Assembly (NCBI GenBank): GCA_040752915.1
Contig: JBFMHB010000004.1
Location: 752 to 64,751 of the forward strand
Reading direction: 5' to 3'
DNA from: Acidobacteriota bacterium
GTDB lineage: Bacteria; Acidobacteriota; UBA4820; DSQY01
DNA length: 64,000 nt
Below the pieces are notes generated by a model. The model had not been told where the DNA came from. It searched no databases and saw only the letters and a list, made by a program, of their open reading frames with translations. The translations under genes were made by a program, and so were the position numbers. Within the stretch, counting starts at the first letter, position 1. Every line of letters starts with the position of its first letter. Below are positions 52,471-61,969 of the stretch, one piece after another.

Positions 52471-53721
52471 CTCCAAGAGCGACACGTCCGCGCGGCCCAC
52501 GAAGTCGGCCACGTGTTTGAGGAAGAGGCCGGCGGTCTTGCCGTCCACCATCCGGTGGTCGTAGGAAAGCGCGAGGATCATCACCGGGCGGACCACGATC
52601 TGTCCCTCCCGCACGACGGGCTTCTCCTGGATGGCGTAGGTGCCCAGGATGCCGCTCTGGGGCGGATTGAGGATGGGCGTCCCCATGAGGGCGCCGTAGG
52701 ATCCCGCGTTGGTGATGGAAAAGGTGCCCCCCGAGAGTTCGGCGAGGGTGATCTTCTTTTCGCGGACGCGGGCGGCCAGGCGGAGGATCTCGGATTCGAT
52801 CTGGGCGAGGGAGAGGCGGTCGGCGTGGCGCAGGACGGGAACGGCCAGGCCCTGTTCGGCGGCCACGGCGATGCCGATGTGGACCTCGCGGTTCTCCACG
52901 ATCTCCGCCCCCTCGATCCAGGAGTTGAGGTCGGGGAAGGCGCGGAGGGCGTCGGCGACGGCCTTGACGAAGAAGCCCATGAAGCCCAGGGCCACGCCGT
53001 GTCGGGCCAGGAAGGCCTCCTTGTGGGCTTTCCGAAGGGCCATGACGGCGCCGCAGTCGCATTCGGCGAAGGTGGTGAGGGTGGCCGTGGTCTGCTGGGA
53101 AAGGACCATCCTCTCGGCGATGCGGGACCGGATGGGCGAGAGGGGCCTGCGGACCTGGGCCCCCGCGGGGGTCTCGGGCGCCGTGGGAACAGGGGCCGCC
53201 GGGGCGGGGACTCCCGAGGCGAGGAAGGCCACCACGTCCTCCTTGGTGACGCGGCCATCCCGGCCCGTCCCCCGGATGGCGGCCGGATCGAGGCGATGCT
53301 CCTCGACGAGGCGGCGCACGGCGGGAGCCAGGGCCTCGACGGCCTCGGGCCGGGCCAGTTTCTCCCTCAGGGAGGGAACGCCCGCCACGGGGTTCAAGGC
53401 GGGGCCGGGCGTCTGGGGGACGGCCGGAGGGAGGCTGGGGGCGGGCGGGGCCGCCGCGGGGACGGCGGGAGCGGCGCCGGCCCGGGCGGAGGTGTCGAGG
53501 GAGCCCACCGTCTGGCCGATCTTCACGGGGCTTCCCGCCGGCACGGCGATGGCGAGGCGGCCGGCGTGCTCCGCGTTGATCGTCATGGTGACCTTGTCCG
53601 TCTCCAGGACGAAGAGGGGATCGTCGGTCCGCACCACCGCCCCGTCGGCCTGCAGCCACTCGGCCAGGAGACCCTCGGTGATGGATTCGCCCACGGTCGG
53701 AACCTTCACCTCAACCCGCAT
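52447..53721 (-). CDS. sucB: 2-oxoglutarate dehydrogenase E2 (dihydrolipoamide succinyltransferase)
   Basis: 424 aa with a lipoyl domain (LETDKVTM), an E3-binding domain (PAVRRLVEEHRLDPAAIRGTGRDGRVTKEDV) and the catalytic DHRMVDG. Confidence 0.9.
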   Translation of the reverse strand: MRVEVKVPTVGESITEGLLAEWLQADGAVVRTDDPLFVLETDKVTMTINAEHAGRLAIAVPAGSPVKIGQTVGSLDTSARAGAAPAVPAAAPPAPSLPPAVPQTPGPALNPVAGVPSLREKLARPEAVEALAPAVRRLVEEHRLDPAAIRGTGRDGRVTKEDVVAFLASGVPAPAAPVPTAPETPAGAQVRRPLSPIRSRIAERMVLSQQTTATLTTFAECDCGAVMALRKAHKEAFLARHGVALGFMGFFVKAVADALRAFPDLNSWIEGAEIVENREVHIGIAVAAEQGLAVPVLRHADRLSLAQIESEILRLAARVREKKITLAELSGGTFSITNAGSYGALMGTPILNPPQSGILGTYAIQEKPVVREGQIVVRPVMILALSYDHRMVDGKTAGLFLKHVADFVGRADVSLLELDGRRET

Positions 53722-53762
53722 GGGAAGACCTCAAGAAAGAAAGGGCAAGTGGAGACAAGTGG

Positions 53763-53838
53763 GAAGGCGAAAGGCGGAAGGCGAAAGAAAAAGAAGGGGC
53801 AATGAGAATTTCGGATTCCGAATTTGGGATTTGGGATG
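53763..53838 (+). repeat. Composite element X: 8-mers (GAAGGCGA) then 7-mers (TTCGGAT/TTGGGAT), read on the + strand
   Basis: GAAGGCGA AAGGCGGA AGGCGAAA GAAAAAGA AGGGGCAA TGAGAAT TTCGGAT TCCGAAT TTGGGAT TTGGGAT. Confidence 0.85.
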
Positions 53839-53915
53839 GAGGAACCCACCCACGGGCCGTCCAGGCAGATGGCCGCCCGGCTGGCTCTTCGGAATCCCGG
53901 CATCTCGGCCTCTCC

Positions 53916-56669
53916 TCATCTCGTCCCCTCTTCGCTCAGGGCCAGGGCATCGCGCACGAGGGCGGCCTGCTCCTGGAGGTGGGCCCTGAGCGACCCCACG
54001 GCGGGGCTGGCGCTCGCCTTGCGGCCGGCATAGCGGAGGGGGAGGCCGCCGAGGAGATCCCTCAGGCGCGGCTCCACGAAGGTCCAGGCCCCCCGGTTCA
54101 TGGACTCCTCCTGGCACCAGACTACCTCCAGGGCCGAGGAAAAGGGCGCGAGGGCTTCGCGGAGGAGCGCGGCCGGGAAGGGATGGACCTGCTCGAGCCG
54201 CACGAGGGCCGCGTCCGTCACGCCCGCCTTGCGCCTCGCCTCGAGAAGGTCGTAGAAGACCTTACCGCTGCAAAGGACCACGCGGTGGACGTTCATGGGC
54301 GGCTCCGGGTCGGGAAGGACTTCGTGGAAACGGTCCGACGTCAGGTCGGGGACCGGGGAGACGCAGAGGGGGTGCCTCAGGAGGCTCTTGGGCGCCATGA
54401 CCACGAGGGGACGGCGGAAGTTCCGCTTCATCTGGCGCCGCAGGGCATGGAAGTACTGGGCGGGGGTGGTGAGGTTCACGACCTGGAGGTTGTCCTCGGC
54501 GCAGAGCTGGAGGTAGCGCTCCATGTGGGCGCTCGAATGCTCGGGGCCCTGGCCCTCGTACCCGTGGGGAAGAAGAAGGACGATCCCCGAGGCCCTCTGC
54601 CACTTGGACAGGGAGGAAGCGATGAACTGGTCGATGATCACCTGGGCTCCGTTGGCGAAGTCGCCGAACTGAGCCTCCCACAGGACGAGCATGTGGGGCT
54701 CTTCGAGGGAGTAGCCGTAATCGAAGCCCAGGACCGCGGCCTCGCTCAGGAGGCTGTTGTACACGCAAAAGCGCGCCTGGCCGGAGTGGATGTTCCGCAG
54801 GGGAATGTAGGGCTCCTGGGTGTTCATGTCCTGCCAGACCGCATGGCGCTGGCTGAAGGTCCCGCGGGCGCTATCCTGTCCCGAGAGGCGAACGGGGACG
54901 CCTTCGTGGAGGAGGCTCCCGAAGGACAGGAGTTCGGCCGTGGGCCAGTCCACGGTCCCCCGCTCGGCCACCGCCTTGAAGATCTCCGGCAGGCGCCGGG
55001 CCACCTTCGGGTTGAGGGCGAAGCCCTCGGGGACCTGAGTGAGGGCCCGGGCCACCTCCACGAGGACGCCGTGGGAGACGCCCGTCGCCACCGGGGCGTG
55101 GCTGTACGGCGCGTCGAGGCCCGCCCAGCGGTCCTGGAAGGCGAATCGCTCCCGGGAGGGGGCCTTCTCCTTGACCGCCTCGAAGGCGGCCTGGAGCCGG
55201 TCCTTGAACGCCCCGGCGATCCGGTCCGCCTCCTCCTGTCCCAGGTCGCAGCACTGAATGAGCCGCTCGGTATACAGGCGGCGCACCGAGGGCCGGTCCT
55301 TGATCTTCCGGTAGAGGACGGGCTGGGTGAAGGCGGGCTCGTCCCCCTCGTTGTGCCCGTGGCGGCGGTAGCAGACCATGTCCAGGATGACGTCCCGGCC
55401 GAAGGTCTGGCGGAACCGGAGGCAGAGTTCCGCGGCGAAGACCACGGCTTCCGGATCGTCGCCGTTCACGTGGAAGATCGGGGCCTCGATCATCTTGGCG
55501 ACGTCGGTGGCGTAGGTTGTGGAGCGCCCCTCCCGGGGGAGGGTCGTGAATCCGATCTGGTTGTTGACGATGAGGTGGATCGTTCCGCCCGTGGTGTATC
55601 CCGGCAGACCCGAGAGGTTGAGCGTTTCGGCCACGAGCCCCTGGCCGGCGAAGGCCGCGTCCCCGTGGATGAGGAGGGGGAGCACCTTCCTCCGCTCGAC
55701 GGTGTCGTTCCTCCGGCGCTGTTTGGCCCGCACGCGCCCGAGGACCACGGGGTCCACGGCCTCGAGATGGCTCGGGTTGCTCGTGAGGCTGATGTGGAGG
55801 GGCTTGCCCGAGGCGTTCACGTGGGTGGAGGAGAACCCCCTGTGGTATTTCACGTCGCCGTCGCCGCCCACGGAGTCGGGCAGGCCGATGTCCTCGAACT
55901 CCGAGAAGATCATGGAGTAGGACTTGTCCAGGATGTTGGCCAGGACGTTGAGTCGGCCCCGGTGGGCCATGCCCATGACCAGCTCCTCCGCGCCCAGGTC
56001 CGGCGCCATCTCCGCCACCGCGTGGATCGCCGGGATGAGGGATTCGGCCCCCTCGAGGGAAAAACGCTTCTGGCCCGGGTACCGGCTCTGGAGGAAGGTC
56101 TCGAAGAGTTCGGCGTCGATGAGCCGCTCGAGGATCTCCAGCTTCTTCTCGCGCGGGAAGTTCGGGCGTCCCCGGACGGGCTCGATCTCCGCCTGGAGCC
56201 AGCGCCGGACGCGCACGTCCTGGATGTGGAGATACTCCAGGCCGATGCTCCCGCAGTAGGTCTCCTTGAGGATCTGAAGGATCTCCTTCAAGGTGGCCCG
56301 CTGGGGGCCTCCCAGGTGGCCCGTGTCGAATACGCGTTCCAGGTCCTCCTCCGTCAGGCCGAAGGCGTCCAGGCTGAGGTCGGGGTGATCGTCCACGGGA
56401 TCGCCGAGGGGGTCCACCTTGGCCAGAAGGTGGCCGCGGCTGCGGTAGGCGAAGATGAGGCTCGCCACCTGAGACTGCGCCCGGGCGCGATCCGCCGCCA
56501 CGCAGGAGCGGGGGCACATGGCCAGCTCGAAGCCCTGGAAGAAACTGCGCCAGTGTTCGTCCAGAGATTCCGGCTCGGCCTTGTACCGCTCGTACAGGGC
56601 CTCCACCAGCGGGGCGCTCGCCAGGGCGGCGGGGGAGCCGAGGCGCACGGGGGGTTTCTCGAGGGACAC
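53916..56669 (-). CDS. sucA: 2-oxoglutarate dehydrogenase E1 component
   Basis: 917 aa. The N-terminus is SucA-like (YERYKAEPESLDEHWRSFF), with ThDP-binding region LIHGDAAFAGQG and HGYEGQGPEHSS. Confidence 0.9.
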   Translation of the reverse strand: MSLEKPPVRLGSPAALASAPLVEALYERYKAEPESLDEHWRSFFQGFELAMCPRSCVAADRARAQSQVASLIFAYRSRGHLLAKVDPLGDPVDDHPDLSLDAFGLTEEDLERVFDTGHLGGPQRATLKEILQILKETYCGSIGLEYLHIQDVRVRRWLQAEIEPVRGRPNFPREKKLEILERLIDAELFETFLQSRYPGQKRFSLEGAESLIPAIHAVAEMAPDLGAEELVMGMAHRGRLNVLANILDKSYSMIFSEFEDIGLPDSVGGDGDVKYHRGFSSTHVNASGKPLHISLTSNPSHLEAVDPVVLGRVRAKQRRRNDTVERRKVLPLLIHGDAAFAGQGLVAETLNLSGLPGYTTGGTIHLIVNNQIGFTTLPREGRSTTYATDVAKMIEAPIFHVNGDDPEAVVFAAELCLRFRQTFGRDVILDMVCYRRHGHNEGDEPAFTQPVLYRKIKDRPSVRRLYTERLIQCCDLGQEEADRIAGAFKDRLQAAFEAVKEKAPSRERFAFQDRWAGLDAPYSHAPVATGVSHGVLVEVARALTQVPEGFALNPKVARRLPEIFKAVAERGTVDWPTAELLSFGSLLHEGVPVRLSGQDSARGTFSQRHAVWQDMNTQEPYIPLRNIHSGQARFCVYNSLLSEAAVLGFDYGYSLEEPHMLVLWEAQFGDFANGAQVIIDQFIASSLSKWQRASGIVLLLPHGYEGQGPEHSSAHMERYLQLCAEDNLQVVNLTTPAQYFHALRRQMKRNFRRPLVVMAPKSLLRHPLCVSPVPDLTSDRFHEVLPDPEPPMNVHRVVLCSGKVFYDLLEARRKAGVTDAALVRLEQVHPFPAALLREALAPFSSALEVVWCQEESMNRGAWTFVEPRLRDLLGGLPLRYAGRKASASPAVGSLRAHLQEQAALVRDALALSEEGTR

Positions 56670-56853
56670 GGACGTCTCCTTATCGGACGGGCGGGCCCCG
56701 GAATCCCGTGGGGCCCATCCGTCCCAACAGGCTCGAACCTCCCGTTATTCTAGGCGAAATCCGCGATGAAGAGAAGAATCCCCTTGCCGCCGCGCGCCGT
56801 TCCGTCGAGGAAGCGTACCGGCCGACCTTCGTCCGTTGGCTCTCTCTCCCCAA

Positions 56854-56957
56854 CTCACCGACATATTTGCTCACCTACCTACTTACTCACCTACTCACGT
56901 ACTCACCTACTCACTTACTCACTTACTCACCTACTCACCTACTCACCTACTCACCTT
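56854..56957. repeat. 8-nt array CTCACCTA (= TAGGTGAG), 13 in-register units
   Basis: CTCACCGA CATATTTG CTCACCTA CCTACTTA CTCACCTA CTCACGTA CTCACCTA CTCACTTA x2 CTCACCTA x3 CTCACCTT. The last units encode the GT2 C-terminus and stop. Confidence 0.9.
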
Positions 56958-58086
56958 TTCCATACTCCCTTCCTCGCCACACGATGCCCTTCCGGTAGTA
57001 GCGGCGGGCGGAGCGGAACAAGATGAGGGACCAGAAAAGGGGGCGCAGGGGAAAGAGCGGGGCGATCCAAAGAGGCTTGCCCGCCCACAGGCAGAGGGCG
57101 GCGTTGAGGAGGAGGCCGATGCCGAAGCTGGCGCCGGACAGGGCCATGATCTGCGGGGGAAGGTGGAGGGCCGGGGCGAGAAGGAGCAGTCCGGCCGGTG
57201 CGGTGTGGACCAGGAGATTTCCGCCCTCCAGGAAAGCGCCCAGGAAAGGGTTGAATCCGAAGAAGGCGAAGTAGTTTTTCGTGAACCCTTCCACGGCGGA
57301 CCCCAGGCCTTCGTACATCCGCACGCGCACGTCGGAGAAGGCCGTGACGAAGCGGAACCGCCCGCCGGAGGCCTTGATCCGCCTTCCCATGGCCACGTCG
57401 TCCACGACCTCGCCCCGGATGGCCTCGATCCCTCCGGACGCTTCCAGCGCCCGCCTGCGGACCAGGTTTCCCGATCCGGCCCCGAAGGCGATGCCTTTCA
57501 GCGCCTGCACGTTGGCGAGGAAGGCGGGGGATACGTACAGCGTGAAGGCGTCCAGGTTGCTCATCAGGACGTGCTCCAGTCCCCGGGCCTCCAGGGTCGA
57601 GAGGAGGAGGAGCATGTCCAGGCGGCGGGCTTCCAGCTCCGAGGCGGCCCTCCGGAGAACGCCGGGGCCGTAGCGCACGTCGGCGTCCACGAAGAGGAGG
57701 ATCTCCCCTCGGGCGTTTTCGAGCCCCACCCTTTGGGCGTTGGGTTTCCCGAGCCAGCCCGGAGGCGGCTCCTCCCCCCTCACGACGCGGAGGTTGGTGT
57801 GGCGCCGCGCGAGGCCCTCGAGGATCTCCGGTGTGCGGTCCGTGGAGCCGTCGTCCACGACGACCACCTCGAAATTCGGATGGTCCTGGTCGCACAGCGC
57901 CTCGAGAGCCGGGGCGATGGCCTTCTCCTCGTTGCGGGCCGGAACGATCACGGAGAGGAAGGGGAGGCCGCCTTCCGGCGCGGTGCGCCGGAGCCGGGGA
58001 ATGAGGAGGCCGTTGAGGACGGCGTGGAGGGCGGCGAGGGCCCAGAAGAGAACCACGCCCCAGAGGACCAACTCCAGAGCCCTCAT
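56947..58086 (-). CDS. Family 2 glycosyltransferase, membrane-anchored (HpnB/CrtQ-like motif GWLGKPNA)
   Basis: Frame of ORF 56947..58506. I start at ATG 58086 (MRALELVLWGVVLFWALAAL), which is residue 141 of the track ORF. VIVPARNEE, VVVDDGSTDRT, FVDAD. Confidence 0.75.
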   Translation of the reverse strand: MRALELVLWGVVLFWALAALHAVLNGLLIPRLRRTAPEGGLPFLSVIVPARNEEKAIAPALEALCDQDHPNFEVVVVDDGSTDRTPEILEGLARRHTNLRVVRGEEPPPGWLGKPNAQRVGLENARGEILLFVDADVRYGPGVLRRAASELEARRLDMLLLLSTLEARGLEHVLMSNLDAFTLYVSPAFLANVQALKGIAFGAGSGNLVRRRALEASGGIEAIRGEVVDDVAMGRRIKASGGRFRFVTAFSDVRVRMYEGLGSAVEGFTKNYFAFFGFNPFLGAFLEGGNLLVHTAPAGLLLLAPALHLPPQIMALSGASFGIGLLLNAALCLWAGKPLWIAPLFPLRPLFWSLILFRSARRYYRKGIVWRGREYGKGE

Positions 58087-58192
58087 ATAGGCGGTTCCTC
58101 CGCCGCTGAGCCGCAAGAAAGCGTCTTGCGGGCGTCCTTCCCGGGGTTTCTCCCGGTCACGGCAGTCTCCCCGGCGCCGCCTCCCCGAGCGG

Positions 58193-59674
58193 CTAGGCTT
58201 CCCGGGCCAGGACGAAATTGACCAGGGTCCGAACGCCCACGCCCGATCCCTCGGACTTGTTGGCGTCGGGCCCGTCGTCGTCCCGAAGGGCGGGCCCGGC
58301 GATGTCCAGGTGCACCCAGGGCGTCTTTTCCTCCACGAACTTCTGGAGGAAGAGGCCCGCGGTGAGGGCGCCTCCCCAGCGGATCCGGGACATGTTGGAA
58401 ACGTCCGCCACGGCGCTCTTGATGTACTTGTTGTAGGCGGGGGGCAGGGGGAGCTGCCAGATCTCGTCCCCCGAGTCGCGGGCCGCGGAAAGGACGGCGT
58501 CCACATGGGACTGGTCGTTGCCCATGGCCCCCGAGAAGTCCGGCCCCAGGGCCACGACGCAGGCGCCCGTGAGGGTGGCCAGATCGATGAGGGCGTCCAC
58601 CTTCTGCCTCTGGATGTAGGTGAGGGCGTCGGCGAGCGTGAGGCGGCCTTCGGCGTCCGTGTTCTGCACTTCGATGGTCTTCCCGCTCAGGCTCGTCACC
58701 ACGTCGCCCGGCCGGTAGGCGTTCCCTCCGGGCATGTTCTCGCACATGGCCATGACGGCCTCCACGGCCACGCGGGGCTTCAGGGAGGCGATGGCCTTCA
58801 TGGCGCCCAGGACGGCGGCGGATCCCGCCATGTCGCTCTTCATGGCGCCCATGCCGTCGGCGGGTTTGAGGGAGATTCCGCCCGAGTCGAAGGTCAGGCC
58901 CTTGCCCACCAGGCCCAGCCGGAACCGGGCCCCTTTGGGCCGGTAGGAGAGATGGATGAACTTGGGCTCGTTCCGGGACCCTCGGGCCACCGCCAGGTAG
59001 GCGCCCATCCCGAGCTTTTCGCAGGCGGCGCGGTCGAGAACTTTGAGGGTCAGGCCCCCCTCCTGGGCCACCTTGCGGGCCTCCTCGGCCATGCGTGTGG
59101 GAGTGAGAAGGTTGGCGGGGCGGCTCACGAGGTCGCGGGCCAGGAGGACGGCTTCGGCCACGGCCTGACCGACGGCGCCCCCGCCGTCCAGGTCCTCCCC
59201 CCGGCGCTTGACGAGAAACTGCATTCGGGAAAGGGGCTTGGGGAGCTTTTCGGTCTCCGTCTGCAGCTCCGTGAAGACGGAGTTCCCCAGGAGGAACCCC
59301 TCCACGAGGGCGCGGGCGGCCTGGCGGCGGTCCTTGAGGGCGCCGCCCTCCACGGGGAGGAGAAGGCCGGCGGAGTCCACGTAGCGCTCGCGGAAGCGCC
59401 GGGCGGCCAGGGCGGCGGCGGCACGGAGCGTCGTTGGCCCCAGGGATTCCCGCTTCCCCAGGCCGAGGACCAGGAGGTGCTTCGGCGGCTTGCCCACGCG
59501 GTCGAAGGCGAAGAAGGACTCGCCCTCGCCGCCCTTGAACCGAAGTTGCTTGGCCGCCGCTGGGAGGGCCCAGGAGGAGGGGAGAACCGAGAAATCCAGG
59601 TCCTCGAAGACCCCAACGGCCACGCCCTCGGCCTTCAGCGATTCCACCGATCCCGACGCAAATGACCAGCGCAT
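58193..59674 (-). CDS. pepA: Leucyl aminopeptidase (M17)
   Basis: 493 aa with GKGLTFDSGGISLKP and NTDAEGRLTLADAL. Confidence 0.9.
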   Translation of the reverse strand: MRWSFASGSVESLKAEGVAVGVFEDLDFSVLPSSWALPAAAKQLRFKGGEGESFFAFDRVGKPPKHLLVLGLGKRESLGPTTLRAAAALAARRFRERYVDSAGLLLPVEGGALKDRRQAARALVEGFLLGNSVFTELQTETEKLPKPLSRMQFLVKRRGEDLDGGGAVGQAVAEAVLLARDLVSRPANLLTPTRMAEEARKVAQEGGLTLKVLDRAACEKLGMGAYLAVARGSRNEPKFIHLSYRPKGARFRLGLVGKGLTFDSGGISLKPADGMGAMKSDMAGSAAVLGAMKAIASLKPRVAVEAVMAMCENMPGGNAYRPGDVVTSLSGKTIEVQNTDAEGRLTLADALTYIQRQKVDALIDLATLTGACVVALGPDFSGAMGNDQSHVDAVLSAARDSGDEIWQLPLPPAYNKYIKSAVADVSNMSRIRWGGALTAGLFLQKFVEEKTPWVHLDIAGPALRDDDGPDANKSEGSGVGVRTLVNFVLAREA

Positions 59675-59870
59675 GCGAACTCCTTACACCGCGTGTTTCA
59701 AACGGGCTTCGTCCCGAGCACGTCCGCCCAATGCAAAGAAGAGCATAGCACGGGCGCGGGAAGGCGAAAACGGAGGCCTCCGGCTCGGGCAGGGCGGCCG
59801 AGCGCCCAGTCCGGGTGGCGCCGATCCGGGGGAGGGTTTGCCGTATCCGTCCAGGAAGGGGACCGTCGGA

Positions 59871-61799
59871 TCAGCCGCGAGCTTCCCCCCCTCGTAGGGG
59901 GCGAAGGGAGGGGGGACGGTCCGCGAGGGCGGAGCGAAGCGCCCTCGCGAGGCCCTCCGCCGAGAGCCCCAGTTCCCCAAGGAGCACCGCCCGCGGTCCG
60001 TGCGGGATGAAGCGGTCGGGCAGTCCCAGTCGGAGAACCCGGGTGGCGACGCCGGCCGCCTCCTTCCATTCGAGTACGGCGCTCCCGAAGCCGCCCTGCA
60101 GGGAGCCTTCCTCCACCGTGAGGGCCAGCGGGAAGCGCGGCAGGCTCTGGGAGAGATAGGCCTCGTCGAGGGGTTTGACGAACCTCGCGTTCACGACTTC
60201 CACGGAGAGGCCCTCGGCGGCCAGATCCTCGGCGGCCTTCAGGGCGTCGCGGATCAAGGGGCCCACGGCGAGGACAGCGGCGTCCGTCCCGGCGCGGAGA
60301 ACCTCCCAGGTTCCCACGGGCACCGGTCGGGGTTCGCCCTCCGGGTCGAAGGGCGAGGCGGCGGCCTTGGGATACCGGATAACGAAGGGGGCGCCCTCCG
60401 TGGCGAGGGCCGTGGCCATGAGGTCCCTCAGTTCGTTGCCGTCCTTGGGTGCGGCCAGGATCAGGCCCGGGACGTGGCGCAGGTAGGCGATGTCGAAGGC
60501 TCCCTGGTGGGTGGGGCCGTCCTCTCCGGCGATCCCCGCGCGATCCAGACAGAAGAGGACCGGGAGGTGCTGGATGGCCGCGTCGTGGACCACGGGGTCG
60601 TAGGCCCGCTGGAGGAAGGTCGAGTAGATGGCGCACACGGGGCGAAACCCGTGCACCGCCAGTCCCGAGGCGAAAATCACGGCGTGCTCCTCCGCGATCC
60701 CCACGTCGAAGAACCGGTCGGGGAAGGCCTCGGCGAAGGGGACGATGCCCGTTCCCGTGGGCATGGCGGCCGTGATTCCCACGACCCGCGCATCCTTGCG
60801 CGCGAGCTGAACCAGGCTCTGCCCGAAGGCGTCCTGGAAGACGGGCTGGCCCGGCGGGGAGGGCTGGATCCCCTCGTCCGGGCAGAAGGGCTTCACCCCG
60901 TGGTAGCCCTCGGGAGACTGCTCCGCGGGGGCGTAGCCCTTGCCCTTCACCGTGAGAACGTGAAGAAGGACCGGGTGGTCGAGGTCCCGAAGGTTCCGGA
61001 GGGTCTTCACCAGGCCCAGCACATCGTGGCCGTCCACGGGGCCGAAATAGTCAAAGCCCAGGGCCTCGAAGAGGGCGCCCGGCGTGAGGATTCCCCTCGC
61101 CCCTTCCTCCAGGCGGCGGGCCAGAAAGGTCATGGGCTTCCCGTACCGGGGGATTCGTTCGAGGCCCTCGCGCACCCGGCGACGGAAGCGCTGGTACAGG
61201 GGGGTCTGGGTGAAGTTGTTGAGGTACTTGGAGATGGCCCCCACGTTGGGGGAGATGGACATCTGGTTGTCGTTGAGAATGGCCAGGATGGGTCTTCGGG
61301 CCCCTCCCCCCGCGTTGTTGAGGGCCTCGTAGCAAATGCCGCCCGTGAGGGCGCCGTCCCCGAACACGGCGGCCACGCGCCGCTTCTCCCCCGCCAGATC
61401 CCGGGCCGCCGCCATGCCCAGCGCCGCCGAGAGGGCCGTGGAAGCGTGGCCGGCCCCGTAGGCGTCATAGGGGCTTTCCTCCCGCTTGAGGAAGCCCGAA
61501 ATGCCGTCCTTCTGGCGGATCGACCGGAGGGCCTCGCGGCGGCCCGTGAGGATCTTGTGAATGTAAGCCTGGTGACCCACGTCCCAGACGAGGAGGTCGC
61601 GGGGGGTGTCCAGGGTGTAGTGAAGGGCCACGGTCAATTCCACGACGCCGAGGCTGCTGGAAAGGTGGCCGCCGATGCCGGACACCACCTCCACCAGGTA
61701 TTCCCGAAGCTCCTGGCAGAGCCGGGGAAGCTGATCCTCGGGAAGATCCCGGAGGTCGGCGGGGCACTGGATGGTGTGGAGCAGGGCGTACTGTCTCAC
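59871..61799 (-). CDS. dxs: 1-deoxy-D-xylulose-5-phosphate synthase
   Basis: 642 aa with GGHLSSSLGVVELTVALH, DVGHQAYIHKILTGRR and GDGALTGG. Confidence 0.95.
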   Translation of the reverse strand: MRQYALLHTIQCPADLRDLPEDQLPRLCQELREYLVEVVSGIGGHLSSSLGVVELTVALHYTLDTPRDLLVWDVGHQAYIHKILTGRREALRSIRQKDGISGFLKREESPYDAYGAGHASTALSAALGMAAARDLAGEKRRVAAVFGDGALTGGICYEALNNAGGGARRPILAILNDNQMSISPNVGAISKYLNNFTQTPLYQRFRRRVREGLERIPRYGKPMTFLARRLEEGARGILTPGALFEALGFDYFGPVDGHDVLGLVKTLRNLRDLDHPVLLHVLTVKGKGYAPAEQSPEGYHGVKPFCPDEGIQPSPPGQPVFQDAFGQSLVQLARKDARVVGITAAMPTGTGIVPFAEAFPDRFFDVGIAEEHAVIFASGLAVHGFRPVCAIYSTFLQRAYDPVVHDAAIQHLPVLFCLDRAGIAGEDGPTHQGAFDIAYLRHVPGLILAAPKDGNELRDLMATALATEGAPFVIRYPKAAASPFDPEGEPRPVPVGTWEVLRAGTDAAVLAVGPLIRDALKAAEDLAAEGLSVEVVNARFVKPLDEAYLSQSLPRFPLALTVEEGSLQGGFGSAVLEWKEAAGVATRVLRLGLPDRFIPHGPRAVLLGELGLSAEGLARALRSALADRPPSLRPLRGGEARG

Positions 61800-61915
61800 G
61801 GCGGCCTCAACGCCCGGGGATCGCGCGCCATTCCGGACGGCGTCCCGGCAGGCATGATTAAAAGCCCTGCGGCTAACCCTGTCAACCGTCGAAAGAAAAT
61901 ACGAGTCCGATCGGT

Positions 61916-61923
61916 TGTATAAT
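61916..61923 (+). promoter_or_regulatory. Extended -10 promoter element TGTATAAT upstream of the HD-GYP gene
   Basis: A perfect TATAAT (61918-61923) is preceded by TG. The GTG start at 61970 follows GGAGGAGG. Confidence 0.4.
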
Positions 61924-61969
61924 TCGTTTCAAGCCGGACGGCGGATCCGCCCGGCGTGGAGGAGGAGCC

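Noticed and set aside
52205-52564. ORFs translating to PNPKSPIPNPQSPIPNPKSQIPNPKSE (+) or WDWGFGIWDLGLGIGDWGLGI (-), which look like repeat proteins
   Set aside because: They are simply translations of the CCAATCC heptamer array between sucB and lpdA. They have no start context and lie in an intergenic position.
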